Of a stretch of DNA of 64,000 nt, positions 35,664 to 50,246 are shown one piece after another (within the stretch, counting starts at the first letter, position 1; every line of letters starts with the position of its first letter). The translations under genes were made by a program, and so were the position numbers. Where the stretch lies: positions 372,001 to 436,000 of the forward strand of contig NW_026782315.1 of assembly GCF_031769215.1 (NCBI RefSeq), given 5' to 3'. Under the pieces are notes generated by a model, which was not told where the DNA came from, searched no databases, and worked only from the letters and a program-made list of their open reading frames with translations. This DNA comes from Ylistrum balloti. Lineage: Eukaryota.

Positions 35664-37878
35664 ACATTGTTGCTTTGGTCAGTGTTTCCCTGGTAATGTG
35701 ACAGTGCTGTGTTGTTTTGGTCAGTATTTCCCTGGTAATGTGACAGTGCTGTGTTGTTTTGGTCAGTATTTGCCTGGTTATGTGACAGTATTGTGTTGTT
35801 TTGGTCAGTATTTCCCTGGTAATGTGACAGTGTTGTGTTGTTTTGTTCAGTGTTTCCCTGGTAATGTGACAGTGTTGTGTTGTTTTGGTCAGTGTTTCCC
35901 TGGTAATGTGACACTGACAGTGTTGCTTTGGTCAGTTTTTCCCAGGTAATGTGACAGTGTTGTGTTGCTTTGGTCAGTATTTCCCTGGTAATGTGACAGT
36001 GTTGTGTTGCTTTGGTCAGTATTTCCCTGGTAATGTGACACTGACAGTGTTGCTTTGGTCAGTATTTCGCTGGTAATGTGACAATGTTGTGTTGCTTTGG
36101 TCAGTATTTCCCTGGTAATGTGACAGTGTTGTGTTGTTTTGGTCAGTATTTCCCTGGTAATGTGACACTGACAGTGTTGTTTTGGTCAGTATTTCCCTGG
36201 TAATGTGACACTGACAGTGTTGCTTTGGTCAGTATTTCCCTGGTAATGTGACAGTGTTGTGTTGCTTTGGTCCGTATTTCCCTGGTAATGTGACACTGAC
36301 AATGTTGCTTTGGTCAGTATTTCCCTGGTAATGTGACACTGACAGTGTTGCTTTGGTCAGTATTTCCCTGGTAGTGTGACAATGTTGTGTTGCTTTGGTC
36401 AGTATTTCCCAGGTAATGTGACAGTGTTGTGTTGCTTTGGTCAGTATTTCCCTGGTAATGTGACAGTGTTGTGTTGCTTTGGTCAGTATTTCCCTGGTAA
36501 TGTGACACTGACAGTGTTGCTTTGGTCAGTATTTCCCTGGTAATGTGACAGTGTTGTGTTGCTTTGGTCAGTATTTCCCAGGTAATGTGACAGTGTTGTG
36601 TTTTGGTCAGTATTTCCCTGGTAATGTGACATTGACAGTGTTGCTTTGGTCAGTATTTCCCTGGTAATGTGACAGTGTTGTGTTGCTTTGGTCAGTATTT
36701 CCCTGGTGATGTGACACTGTTGTGTTTTGGTCAGTATTTCCCTGGTAATGTGTATTTCCCAGGTAATGTGACAGTGTTGTGTTGCTTTGGTCAGTATTTC
36801 CCTGGTAATGTGACACTGACAGTGTTGCTTTTGTCCGTATTTCCCTGGTAATGTGACACTGACAGTGTTGCTTTGGTCAGTATTTCCCTGGTAGTGTGAC
36901 AATGTTGTGTTGCTTTGGTCAGTATTTCCCTGGTAATGTGACAGTGTTGTGTTGCTTTGGTCAGTATTTCCCTGGTAATGTGACAGTGTTGTGTTGCTTT
37001 GGTCAGTATTTCCCTGGTAATGTGACAGTGTTGTGTTGTTTTGGTCAGTATTTCCCTGGTAATGTGACAGTGTTGTGTTGCTTTGGTCAGTATTTCCCTG
37101 GTAATGTGACAGTGTTGTGTTGTTTTGGTCAGTGTTTCCCTGGTAATGTGACACTGACAGTGTTGCTTTGGTCAGTATTTCCCTGGTAATGTGACAGTGT
37201 TGTGTTGCTTTGGTCAGTATTTCCCTGGTAATGTGACAGTGTTGTGTTGCTTTGGTCAGTATTTCCCTGGTAATGTGACAGTGTTGTGTTGCTTTGGTCA
37301 GTATTTCCCTGGTAATGTGACAGTGTTGTGTTGCTTTGGTCAGTATTTCCCTGGTAATGTGACAGTGTTGTGTTGCTTTGGTCAGTATTTCCCTGGTAAT
37401 GTGACAGTGTTGTGTTGCTTTGGTCAGTATTTCCCTGGTAATGTGACAGTGTTGTGTTGCTTTGGTCAGTATTTCCCTGGTAATGTGACACTGACAGTGT
37501 TGTTTTGGTCAGTATTTCCCTGGTAATGTGACAGTGTTGTGTTGCTTTGGTCAGTGTTTCCCAGGTAATGTGACACTGACAGTGTTGTTTTGGTCAGTAT
37601 TTCCCTGGTAATGTGACACTGACAGTGTTGTTTTGGTCAGTATTTCCCTGGTAATGTGACAGTGTTGTGTTGTTTTGGTCAGTATTTCCCTGGTAATGTG
37701 ACAGTGTTGTGTTGCTTTGGTCAGTATTTCCCTGGTAATGTGACAGTGTTGTGTTGTTTTGGTCAGTATTTCCCTGGTAATGTGACAGTGTTGTGTTGCT
37801 TTGGTCAGTATTTCCCTGGTAATGTGACAGTGTTGTGTTGCTTTGGTCAGTATTTCCCTGGTAATGTGACAGTGTTGT
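35664..37878. repeat. 2.2-kb minisatellite of mixed 42-bp (GTGACAGTGTTGTGTTGCTTTGGTCAGTATTTCCCTGGTAAT) and 43-bp units
   Basis: About 52 copies read directly; it accounts for all the repetitive ORFs in this interval. Confidence 0.97.
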
Positions 37879-40800
37879 ATCATGACAATGTATTCTGAAG
37901 TGTTGCTTTAGTATGTCTTTCCATAGTAATGAAGCTGGTGTTTTCCTGATTCAATACAGCAGTGGTAGTGTGGCAGATGATTGGTTGGGTCAGTTGTGGC
38001 ATTGGTCTTGCATGTCCAACATTGATGGTTAAATATGAATAATGTTAATGTCGAGATAGATGGTATTTATTGGACCTGATCTGATGGTGAATCAGTGCTG
38101 ACTCTAGCTGAATCGGGTCATTGGGTGATTTATAGAGTAGGTCATGAGGACAATGAACAGATATCAGGTTATGACACTCTGAGTCTTTACTCTCATTATC
38201 AGGTCCTGTACGTAGTGTATATGTACATTGATACCCATTGGTGCCCAATAGATGGAAAAATCGCAAAGACAAAAAATGGGTGACTGTTAAGTACAGTCAC
38301 AGTCGTAGAGTGTTGTTATATTAGGACAAATTGGTTTTAGATGGATTTTGTGTGAAGTTTACTTACCAAAGACAATAAATCAGTGTTGTATGGTTTCTTT
38401 CTGAAGGGTAATTTAAAACTTAGCTATTGGTTGGGCAGTATGGCTTGTGCCTGTTTCCTATAAATAATACCCATAGGAGTAGACTGACTCTCTCTAGCCA
38501 ATCATCAGTGTATCGTTATTTATAAGCAAAGTAATTACTCCCTTCGTTTATGTGGAGAATTCCAATACCCAAACCATCAGCACACATGCTTGTTAGGGAT
38601 GAGGTAGAGGTTTTTGTATAAAAAGTTTAGAATGAATTTATAACAGAAGATTTATCCCTCACAGTAAGTGAACTCTGGAATTTTCTAACACAAAAAAGTA
38701 GAAATATCAGAGGAGGCATGCGAAGATACAATCAATAAGAACACGGATTCCAAATCTGATTATAATTCCTTTAGTGGTGAGAAGGTAGGATGGTGAGTGG
38801 GCCTAAGACCAAAACCTGGTAGTATTGTACAGGAAGTCATTTAACTGCAGTGTCAAACTGAAGTCTGAGGCATCACATATACATGTATATATAATCAGCT
38901 AGCTTCAAAAACTTCACACGGCCACTTGTTTGTGTCTAGCACTTTGCACCGGCATCTCTCCAGGATTCCATGCCAAAGATGTGTTTTTACCCTGCCAGGC
39001 ATATCCACGATGTTGTGTTGAAACACAAGTGTTAAAAACGAGAGAATGGATTACTTGTAGTTAGAAGTGTGTGGAGACTGGATTTAAGAGTTGCCTAGTC
39101 TGGGTTAGGTCATGAGGTAAGCTATTTCTGTATGATTTAAAACCTTCATCTTTTGTCTGATATGACAATTCAGTCCACAGATGGTAAGCTTCCATGTGCT
39201 AGATGCTGAAACTGTCTGAGTATCTCTTTCACCATGTTCAGCCATCATAGTAAACACAAACTGGTTCTACTTCCTTGATCCAATCTCTGACAGGCTAATA
39301 TGTATTTTTATAAGATGCGTCAGATGCTTACAGCTGATGTATATATACATATATCCATGACATGCCCTGGCAACTTGGCAATCTGGATGCTTTTGAATGA
39401 TAAATAATTGAGCTTTGGTTTGGAACTGTAGTAACTGACATGTATATATGATAAAGAATATGACTGCATCTCTATGTTTACCTGCATGGTGCTGTTGTTA
39501 TGTAATAAACATTTTGTGTTGTGTATAAATCTGGGCATGTAGTTGATCTCATTCAGAAGGAACATATCATTAGCTACCGTAGTTTTTCCTTTGTATAGAA
39601 CATTTTTCAGATCAGTATGTATATATGGTTTGATTGTGTTGGCAGTTACTGCACACACATACCTTTATCATTTGTAACTGGATTTGTGTCAATGATAACA
39701 GGATTTTTCTTCTTTTCTTTTTTATTACCAGTAAGTGTAGGCTAAGGTTGGTTTTATATAAATTAAATAAAAAATGTCTTTTACCTTTGAACCTAACTTA
39801 CAATTTACCCTCACTCGCAGTGCTTGGTGCTTGGCTGTTTGCCCTCTTTGAATAATGTCACTTTGTTTGAATTTCTTGGGGCAGTAATGTCAATTTGATG
39901 TATAAATAACCGATTCAAATTAGAAGGTTTCTCTCCATGAATAATTTCCACAGGCATGTTTGAGTAAGAGAACAATATATAGGAAGTACAATATGGCCAG
40001 TTGTATACCCAAGACATTGATTTTCTACTGCTTAGGGAGACAGGGGATGATGCTGGGGAGTATCAGTATTGATGTCTCGCACTGTGGACATATACTAAAT
40101 TTCTTCTTCTGTAGTGCTGGAGCTCAGCTTATGATGATAACACACAAGTGACTTATACCTTAACAATCAATATGTCTGCATATATGTTCATGCATGCAGA
40201 CCATTTAATCCGATCATTTTACAATATAGTCGGATTTTGTTTGCCGCATGAAATAAATATTGGGAAAAAAAGAAAAAAAATTATCATGTGTAATTCTATG
40301 GTGAGCAGAAAGATCTATTTTGCTGTAAGACATTTCATGTTACCTGTGTGCTCTTGAATAGCTGTATTGATGCTATTGATGGAACAACAATGATGCACAA
40401 GATCATTTGCATACAATGGTTTTCATTTTCCTGAATTGGGGCATAGCACAGGGTACTCCCGCAAGTAATTTTAAATTGTAATTGAGCTACATTGCACAGT
40501 TTAAATATCTGCACATGCACATGCCAGATAGGCTGAGCAAATGCTCAAGTGTTTGAATAATTTACTGCAATGTGTTGTTCTATATAAGCGAGTTCCCTAT
40601 GCTTCCTCAAATCTGCCTGCTTACTGTCTGAGAAATAGTCACATTTCAGAGTTTTCATGCTATTGATTTTGCTTTTAACTGCTATAAAAAATTAAGCTTA
40701 TGGATTTTGTATCAAATTAAATCTGTTAAAGATAAATGGCAGAGAAAAGATATCTATATATATAAGTTAGCAATTACTGGTTATCTGCACTACTGAACAC

Positions 40801-41353
40801 AATGCCTCAAAGTCACCTTCAGTATATACTGAAAGAGATGCCCATAAACTGGAGGCATGATTTCATTCAGATAGATATAACAGAAATCATGTGTAAAGCT
40901 AGAACAGCCTTAAGCAGACATCCATATGACATATTGATGATAAAAATGTCCTAGGATTGGTAGATCTATAGTTACTTTACACAGAAACTAATGTTTACAC
41001 ACACAAGTGACCAGAAGAAACTGTGGAAAGATGATCAACGTCCTACACATTCTGTATATCGAAAAAGTGTTGAGTCATTTTAGCTTCCTGCTCGGGTTAA
41101 GATGTGCGTTGGAAATAAAAAAAAAGGTGCTCAAACCAAACAATCAAGAATTACAAATTTAATCTGATTTTGTTTTACACTAAAATAATAGAATATGATG
41201 CAAACAGGCAAGGTGATACCAATACCATGTGACTAACAACATTAATCTGTCATTGCTAGAATGTTTTCAAATCAGACTTGTGATTAAATACACAATGTAA
41301 CATAATATGGCATGTCTGTTTCAGTTGTTATATAGCATCTGAACAGCTTTAAG

Positions 41354-41440
41354 AACAGGTAATGTGAAATAAGAAATTTGATAACAGGTAATGTGAAGTA
41401 AGAAATTTGGTAGCAGGTCATGTGAAATAAAAAAAATTTG
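41354..41440. repeat. Three tandem 29-bp units (AACAGGTAATGTGAAATAAGAAATTTGAT)
   Basis: Period 29 at 41356, 41385 and 41414. Confidence 0.85.
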
Positions 41441-44229
41441 CTGATCAGCTTAAGGATTTAGACAAAATGTAACATGTTTTTTGAAAAATGGATATGAAAA
41501 TCATTATTCCAATGTTTGAAAAATTGAATTTAAATTGAATTGGTTATTAGCAATAAAATGAAACATGTTATAATTAAGTACAAATTAAGTACATTATTTT
41601 TTGTTATTTATTGAAGTATGAGTTATTTTTGCCATCAGAGATGTATGGTAAAATTAAACTGACTGTAGAGAAAGATCTCAGAAACTGTAGAAAAGATCAG
41701 AGGAGAAACAAAATTTGATACTACCCCCACAAAACTCATAGAATGATTAAAATAAATTGAATCTGATATCACCAATGGATTAATTTGATTTTACTTGAAT
41801 GAAGAATTATTTTTAGCTTCATTTGTTTCAAATTTGAATTCCTAAAGGACAGTTTTGTTTGTGTGGGCTTGGTCTTGCTGACAAGTGTCAAAGTGTCTGA
41901 CCCCATGAACAAGTCTCGACTGAGATTTAATGTTGATGTAAAATTGAATTGCCGGTTGTTGGAGGAAGTTAGATGATTTCCCCAGACACCTTTGAAGTCA
42001 CAAGCAGTATTGGTAAAAGGTGGAAGATCTGATATTAGAACAATGCTGGGGTGACTATTTTTAGGGCAATGTGCGTCAGTCATTGGGATATTTTGGATCA
42101 GTGGGAGAGCAGTTCCAACCCATTTAGTAAACTTGTGTACATCTGATGTGGGAGAAGGGAGGTAATCCTAATTGTTTACTTGACATACATGTAGAAGATT
42201 CTTAACAGCAATTGGTATGTTAACAGAAATTGTGATATTGAATATGACATTTAGTCATTTCATGCAGAGAACAGTATACAGTATTAGTTAACTGGTTAAA
42301 AAACACCATTTTTACTTCATATTGGAATGAATACAGATTACATATGTACATGTATGTAACAAATAAATGTTTGTATGTGCATATTCTCATTACTCATTTG
42401 AGCAAAAAAAATCTCGATCCTTTTTATAGAGCAGTGAATATAGAGTATATTTTTACGTAGTGAACTTTTCATAGTGTACAGTCTGTATCAGAAATTTAGC
42501 CTGGCTATATGACTAATATGTAGGGTAATGTCTGTAATATTTAGGTTAGAAGATAGTTCCAGCCTGATAGGCAACTCTAGCATAGATAAATTGAGCTTAA
42601 AATATGTTAAGGGGTGAGGGAAATGCTGGCAGATAGCCCAGAGATTCTAATGGCTGTAGCTAGTGTTCCCCACACTAATGACACATACAATCTGATGTTC
42701 CCTTTTCCACACATACACAGCCTGATTTTACCCATATCACACATGTGTATATGTGGTGTTTCCCACACAAAAACTACTTAGCCAGTGTTTCCCTCACTAC
42801 TCAAACCAAAAAGGGTGGGTTCTCCCTCACCAATCATACACATGTTAGTGTTTCCTACATAGTACATACAATACCTGGCCAGTGGTGTTCCCCCACATAT
42901 ACACAGCCTTGTGTTTCCATTATCGCACATACACTTCTCAGTGTTTCTCACATACACAAGCAGCTATTCCCCGACAACACATATACAAAAGCTGGTTTTT
43001 CCTGTCCCCACACATACATATGTTTTTTTTCTTCACTCTACACATATTGAAGCAGGTGTTCCCACATCTCGCACAAATAAATTTGGCCCTCAACACTACA
43101 CACACAAAAAGCTAATGTATCCTGCACACCACTACTTGTGAACAGCAATATCTTTTCCATACCCAACATGCACAACCTGGCTTTCCCCATTTTACACAAT
43201 GGTTTTATCTTGTGCCATGCATTGCACCAGGTGTTCCTGTAGCAATACTGTCTCAAATTCAAATTGGCTATGTACAAATTGAATGTAAAGACTGACATTG
43301 ACAAGATTCTGGCATGTGTTGCATCTGTCTTGTTTTCCGTGATGGTACAGTAAGCCTCCATGCAATAGCATGTAAGATTATTTGCCATTTATAGCTTGTC
43401 TTGTACACTCCATTGATTAAGTTGATTCAAATTTAGATAGAAATGCAACATCTGTGCTTAAAAATTGATTATTTTTAATTAAGTCCAGGATGCATGTTGC
43501 TAGAGTTAATGTTGTGTTCTGTATTTCATAAAATTCACACATTCTAGAAGGTTCAGAATGTTTGGAGGCATTTTTTCAACAAATCACAGACTAATCAAAG
43601 ATTTAATTTGCTTTGAGTATAAAAAAATGAGCTGCCAAGTACATTCATATCCGTCACATTTTGTATATCTGTCGAAAAATTTTCTGAAAATAGTTAATAA
43701 ATAAATGTGTCATAGATATCAATATGATACCATATAGCCAATTGTATTTGTGAGAATGATATTTTCACTTTTTTGCAGTACATCAACTTTATGTACTCGC
43801 AACATCTTGAAATGTCACAAAAAATATTCCTGTATCCTTTGTGACATCTTTAGACGTCACAGTAAACATGCCTTCATTCCTTGGTTGATGTCTTGAGAAG
43901 TCATGAAACATTTGTGCTACCAACGAATGATAAATTACACAAGAGTGACACAGTGAATACATGAATTGTCATACTTTCTGTCATTTTACTGAACAATTGG
44001 ATTGTATTTCCAAGCTAATGTTCAATAAAAACATTTCAATTCATTTCATACGATAGATTGCAGCAAATAAATGTCAACATACCGATATCATAAGCACTAC
44101 ATGGTTGTAAATATTCCTTTTACTGCAGCAATAACTATAGCCACATTCTCTTACCCAAAAATCACTTCTGGTAGCGATTGCTAAATTTGAATTGAGTATG
44201 GGGAGAGTTGAAGTGATCATAAAAGTTTA

Positions 44230-44605
44230 GTTGGTGAAATAATGAGGCATAGAAGATGTTCTTTTACAACCAGACAGTTGGTGAAATAATGAGGCATAGA
44301 AGATGTTCTTTTACAACCAGACAGTTGGTGAAATAATGAGGCATAGAAGATGTTCTTTTACAACCAGACAGTTGGTGAAATAATGAGGCATAGAAGATGT
44401 TCTTTTACAACCAGACAGTTGGTGAAATAATGAGGCATAGAAGATGTTCTTTTACAACCAGATAGTTGGTGAAATAATGAGGCATAGAAGATGTTCTTTT
44501 ACAACCAGATAGTTGGTGAAATAATGAGGCATAGAAGATGTTCTTTTACAACCAGATAGTTGGTGAAATAATGAGGCATAGAAGATGTTCTTTTACAACC
44601 AGATA
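44230..44605. repeat. Eight near-perfect tandem 47-bp units (GTTGGTGAAATAATGAGGCATAGAAGATGTTCTTTTACAACCAGAYA)
   Basis: Period 47; units 1-4 end GACA and units 5-8 end GATA. Confidence 0.97.
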
Positions 44606-45687
44606 GCAAAGTTTTCATATTCTTTTACTTATGATTTCATCATTTTTTGAGATAATCTCGAAAATATGAATCCATGAAAATTATCAGCTTTACGGTACAT
44701 ATGTCAGTGCTATAAAACCAACAGTTTTGCGATTAAGCCCCTCATAATCATAGGATATTTGGAACATAGATATTTGAAATTTGATTAGAGTAATTAAATC
44801 CATCATTTATTAACATTACTGATGTTTAGTCCTAAGAGGACAAAATAGCTGTAAGATGTAAGATGATCAAAGCTGTCATTGTTGCTTGATTCAAGACATG
44901 TTAGAAAATGCTTTGTTGATATTAAACCAACCAATATTTTGGTTTTGGAGTACATGATCAAGAAATGGATTATTAAATATAAAACACTGTTTTGAAGCCC
45001 TGCCAGAAGATGGGTGTCTGATCATGTCTCACAAGTTTATAGCTGTTTTTAGCATCATTGATCTGTACAAACATGTTTCTAGGAACAGCCAAGATCTCTG
45101 GCTGCCCAGAATATCTTGTTGGTTTAACTTCATCTTATCTCACTTAATATGAATGTAATTGCCTTTTCCTACACCCCAACAGCATTATCTCAAGTTACAG
45201 GTCTCTTACTCTTTCCCTAGGACATTGATTTTCTATGAAAGGCTGTACATAAACATTGCCAAACTGGTTCAGATTAGTGCTTGTCTATGTGCTTCCCAAA
45301 TTGTACCATCAAGATAATATTGAAGACAAATGTCTAGTTCCATTGATAGGCATCTTGTATCACAAACTGTTTCTGTAAAATGTAAGGGATTATGTTATGG
45401 GACTGGTTGCTGACTTGTTAAACTGCTTGGCTGATGTCTGGTATCAGTCTGCATAAGATTTTGTCAGAATAAATGATATTAAATGTAATTTATGGGTATC
45501 TAGGGGGTCAGATGCTGCTATTTTGTGTATGTGAGGGGAACACTTCAGGAAGAGATAGCTGTTGCAGCTGGTTTTCCAGATAATCTAAGGTAGTTGGGAC
45601 GTTTGAGAGAATGAAAGACCAGGTTATACATAACTCTGCAGAGTTTTTTTCTGAAACAGATATCCAAAGGTTTGATCTAGTTGATCT

Positions 45688-45838
45688 TCACAAATTTGTA
45701 TTACATATATATATCTACAGTGATGTTATTTCTGTAGCAAAGAGGAAAGCTGATTCTTTGTCGTCACAAATTTGTATTACATATATATATATCTAAAGTG
45801 ATGTAATTTCTGTAGCAAGAGGAAAGCTGATTCTTTGT
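45688..45838. repeat. Tandem duplication of a 76-bp segment
   Basis: TCACAAATTTGTATTACATATATATATCT... at 45688 and 45764. Confidence 0.9.
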
Positions 45839-48800
45839 TTGGCTTAATAAGTTCACCATATTCAAAGGATAAAAAATCAAGTTAAATGGTGATTGTGCTG
45901 TAGTATAGAAACTTCTACTGAAGCACAAAAGTGTGGCCTCTGGCCAAGCTATCATTGAGGGCTGAAGTCTTAGTCAACTAACTAGCATCTGTGGAATAGA
46001 CTACTGCTATGTTGCTCTACAGGAATATTCGTTTTCCAGGAGATATTTCTGTCTGAGGTGGAGAGGTGTGACTGAGAAAAATGGTCTAAGCTTCTGACAC
46101 TCTAGTCAATATCTTCAGTACAGTGTGTGCATTACTCTACAGGAAATCAGCCTTAGATCACCAGTAACCGGAACATAGGATATATATAATAGGCCCCCTA
46201 ATGGCAACTTTAGTGGTCGAAGGTTCAGGCCAGGAACTTTGTTCACCGATATTGAAAACCTGGATTAGGAAATGAATTTGTTGGAGGAGTGGAGGATCTG
46301 TGTGAAACTCTTTGGGGGCTGTTAATTTTGGCAGACTTACGTGATGTGTTGCCTTGGCTCCTCTTGTGTTAAGGAGGAGCTAGAAATACCTCTGTACGTA
46401 AGTTTCTTACATAGTGCTGCTGTTGTTCATTCACTTTATGTGTTTATATTTGCTTTGGTAGTTGGGAAAACAAAAATTAAATTTATTTGCCAATAGTGTG
46501 TATTTCTAGATGAATTTTATTTTAAGTTTGACAGCTTCATTACACTGACCATAACTGCAAATTAAAATTGATAAAACCAGGAAGACAAATTTACTGTTTG
46601 ATTTGATAACACCCCGAAGAAATCCTGGGCACTTTGTAACTTGAAAAAGTTGGCATTATCGATAGCAGCTTATAGCTTGCATTATTATAAATGTATTATA
46701 GATACTTGCAAGTAAGTTGATAAATTGTGAAGAGTTGAGAACAATGTACCCTCAATTGGCAAGAGTAATTGAGGTTGATTAGAGGGATTAAAGGGATTCA
46801 AATACAAAGGGGCTGCATGTATTACATCAACATTGATTTTGTTTTAAGTATTAAGTAAAATTGTGAAAATCAAATTAAAATTAACACTTGGGCACTTCCT
46901 TTAATTTTTTCTGTGATCAAAGTTTTTGTTTTTCATGCAATGACATGTAGACCAAATTTCATTTCGTCATGTAGATGGGAAAATGTTGGTTACGAGGATG
47001 AATTTGGAAAAGGTGCAGTAACATACTCACACAGGCAGCTGAAATGCTATATGACACAATATGTTATCATTTTGAGTAACTTATGTAATGAAATATATTC
47101 TTTCTGAGTCACAAGTGTGAAGTGCACTGATGTCTTGACTACAGCAGCTGTGTGCTGTAGGTTACCTCTGAAATGTGTACATGTATACATCGTCATGAAT
47201 AAGTCTTGTGATTCATGTTTTGTTGACCTTAATGTGTACAAGAAAACCTCTGCTTCATATTTCTGATAATGAATAAATTTGAAAGTTATTTCTTTGATAA
47301 AAGAGAAATATAATAATTTTTCTTATTTTGCAATGAAGCATATTAAAACTAGTTGGGATTTTTATTGAAAGGAAATTTTGCTATAGTTATTACATCTTGG
47401 GTAACATTCTTCAGTCAAGGTTATCGTTGTGGCCAATAAGGAAACCATTTCTTGTAATAATACAGCATTAATGACGGTCACACTTCAGAGAGTTATAAAC
47501 AAGCTTTCTTATATCTGTGTGTGCATACAGTCCTTATAAAGATGCCATTGTGGTGAGGTTTATTTTAAACATGGACTAGTTATTGATCATCCTGGACATT
47601 TACGTCAACAATTTACATACAAAAATGCTGCATGTGTAACTTGTGTATACATGGTTTGTCACCTCATCATGCTTTTGGTCAGATGATATTTTGGCATTAT
47701 GTCAAACAGACTTTACTATTCAAGGATTTTTACATACATCAGTGGTCATGGTGCATTATTTAGACAGACATGTAACTAGATAGATAATACAGATTTCACA
47801 CAATCATCAAATGGATTTTAGATTCAAGTGGATAGCAATGTACAGTTGATGATACATTGAAGTTACATATTGGTATAAAGAAAGTCTGTAGATTGGTGAA
47901 TTGTTTATGTTGCATTTCAGATGTCTGCAGTAAGATTCAGGAGGTTTACATTGGCAAATATATTCATGTCTTTTATCAGATATATTCTATGGCTAAGGCT
48001 ATAGGAAAGTATTTCATGAATTTCTGCTGACTTAGCTGATTTGTATCTGTATGGGTAAGGGACAGTGAGGAGAAGTACACCATGAGTGTACATGCTGTTA
48101 GTACTACTGTTACAACTCTGACCATATCGTGTACCTGGATGTTATGTGTATCTGTCGGTGATGAATTGTTGGTCGATTCACTTGATCTTGTCTGCAAAAT
48201 CCACTATGTCATGATCAACGTCTCCCAGAATTGTCACCCAACACATTGTTATTTGTATGGTTTAGTTGGGTTTTTTTTTTCATGAGGGCAAACCTACCAG
48301 TTAAACTTGATTAGGAGAGTAACTGTTTCATTAAGCAACAAATGATGTTGCCCTTGTGTGTTGATTACGGTATGGTGGGTGGAGGTGTTTATGGCATAAT
48401 GTGCTGGTGTTTAGGGAGATTAGTTCAGACATCTCAGATCTGTTTTTCTAACCTTGAAAAACTAATAATGACATTATCTAGTGAACCAGCTACATTAAAC
48501 TTAATTTCTCCTAAAATAAGCCAAAGAGTATTAATCTTCAAATGAAGCACATCAATGTACAAAAGTCAAACTTTTGGCATTTTAACTTGGCATATGATAC
48601 ACTTCAGAAAAAATTCAATGTTTTTGTAATTACCATAATTATGATATCAATTTGAGGGCTTTATATCCATTTCAGAAATTGCAAAATAAGAAAATATGCT
48701 CTAATGAAAAACAGAACATCAGAATCATATTCATGCCACTTGAGATTAATATTTTAGTATTTACGCAGATAAAAGTTAATATACAATAACTTCCCAAGGG

Positions 48801-49872
48801 TAATTTGATTTAACACAGGGAAACATCCATTTTTAGGTTGTAGCCAAAAAAAAGAAAAACTTTGGGACAAAATTTACTTTCTATTACGGAAAATTTTGGC
48901 TAATCTTAAGAAAAAGAAAAATAGAAAGAAAAAAAAAATTCAGAAAAACATTCAGCAGCAAAAAAGTTAGCGTCTTCAATAAGAGCATGTGCCTTCTGTT
49001 AGACAAGGAAGTAACCTTTGTTGGCAATTGCTAATGAAAAGTAAGATTTGGATGGGCTTAATAACCAGTCATGGGGTTATTTCCAGAAAGAGAAATATGT
49101 GTTATTGACGTATCTTTTAGTCATGGCTATAAACCAACTAAGATTGTGTTGAAAAATTCCAGTGACTCCTAAGGATGTTGATGGTGGTTGTGTAGTATAA
49201 TAATGTCTTTCTTTCTACTTTCTGTTTTTCATATCTTTTACTGCTGAAAACGGCTTAAAATAGATGACTTGATAGCCTGAAAAAGATCATCAAAGGGAGA
49301 AAATGAGCATAAGTCAAAAATTGTCCTAAGGTCAAGGTCATGATAATATTCAGTTGACAAAATTGATCTGTGTACCAAGTTCATTGATGTTGAAAGGGCA
49401 TATGGCAAACCCATATGAGTAGTGGAAGTCATTATATTAATTTCATATTAGTACAGGCACAGAACTTGTAACATTTTCATTGTCAGCTTTCAATGAATTG
49501 TGTTGAAGCTTTAGAATTTTAAGATTATTCACATGAGGAAAATATTGTCACATTAAGTGGAAGAAAGAGGTGAATCTTGCATAAAGAACATTGTTAAAGA
49601 GATGGGTTTTAGACTGAGACATTGAGTATGCATGTTTCAGTAAGAAGGTATTGAAATGAACTTTTAAACAATAAGATAAAATTGTGTGAAGTGTTGTCCA
49701 CAGTCTTTGTAATGTGAAATGTTTATGAGATACACATGTATTTAAGTACTGATGGACATAGAGATAGCATATGTCCCACTGACACATTGTAATTTGTTAA
49801 TTTAATTCTACTGTTATTTTGAGTAGTTCTAATTGCTGTCATAAAATTCACAATTATAGATTTCTTGGCGAG

Positions 49873-50246
49873 AATTCATCATTACTATCATCATTACTAT
49901 CACTAAATTCATCATTACTATCACTAAATTCATCATTACTATCACTAAATTCATCATTACTATCACTAAATTCATCATACTAAATTCATCATTACTATCA
50001 CTAAATTCATCATTACTATCACTAAATTCATCATTACTATCACTAAATTCATCATTACTATCACTAAATTCATCATTACTATCACTAAATTCATCATTAC
50101 TATCACTAAATTCATCATTACTATCACTAAATTCATCATTACTATCACTAAATTCATCATTACTATCACTAAATTCATCATTACTATCACTAAATTCATC
50201 ATTACTATCACTAAATTCATCATTACTATCACTAAATTCATCATTA
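49873..50246. repeat. Minisatellite, 21-bp unit (CACTAAATTCATCATTACTAT)
   Basis: About 17 copies read directly. Confidence 0.97.

Noticed and set aside
35609-37898. Repetitive ORFs (SHYQGNTDQ / VTVLCCFGQ) as a biomineral or adhesive repeat protein
   Set aside because: All frames on both strands are open only because of the 42-bp period. The 43-bp units break the frame and there are no unique flanking coding sequences.
38900-39300. Possible LINE remnant
   Set aside because: Slightly GC-richer, but no convincing RT or endonuclease motif could be read in any frame.
44230-44605. CRISPR-like array
   Set aside because: The units are directly adjacent with no unique spacers, there are no cas genes, and the context is a eukaryotic intron.
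49975-50244. (IVMMNLV)n ORF
   Set aside because: Translation of the 21-bp minisatellite.
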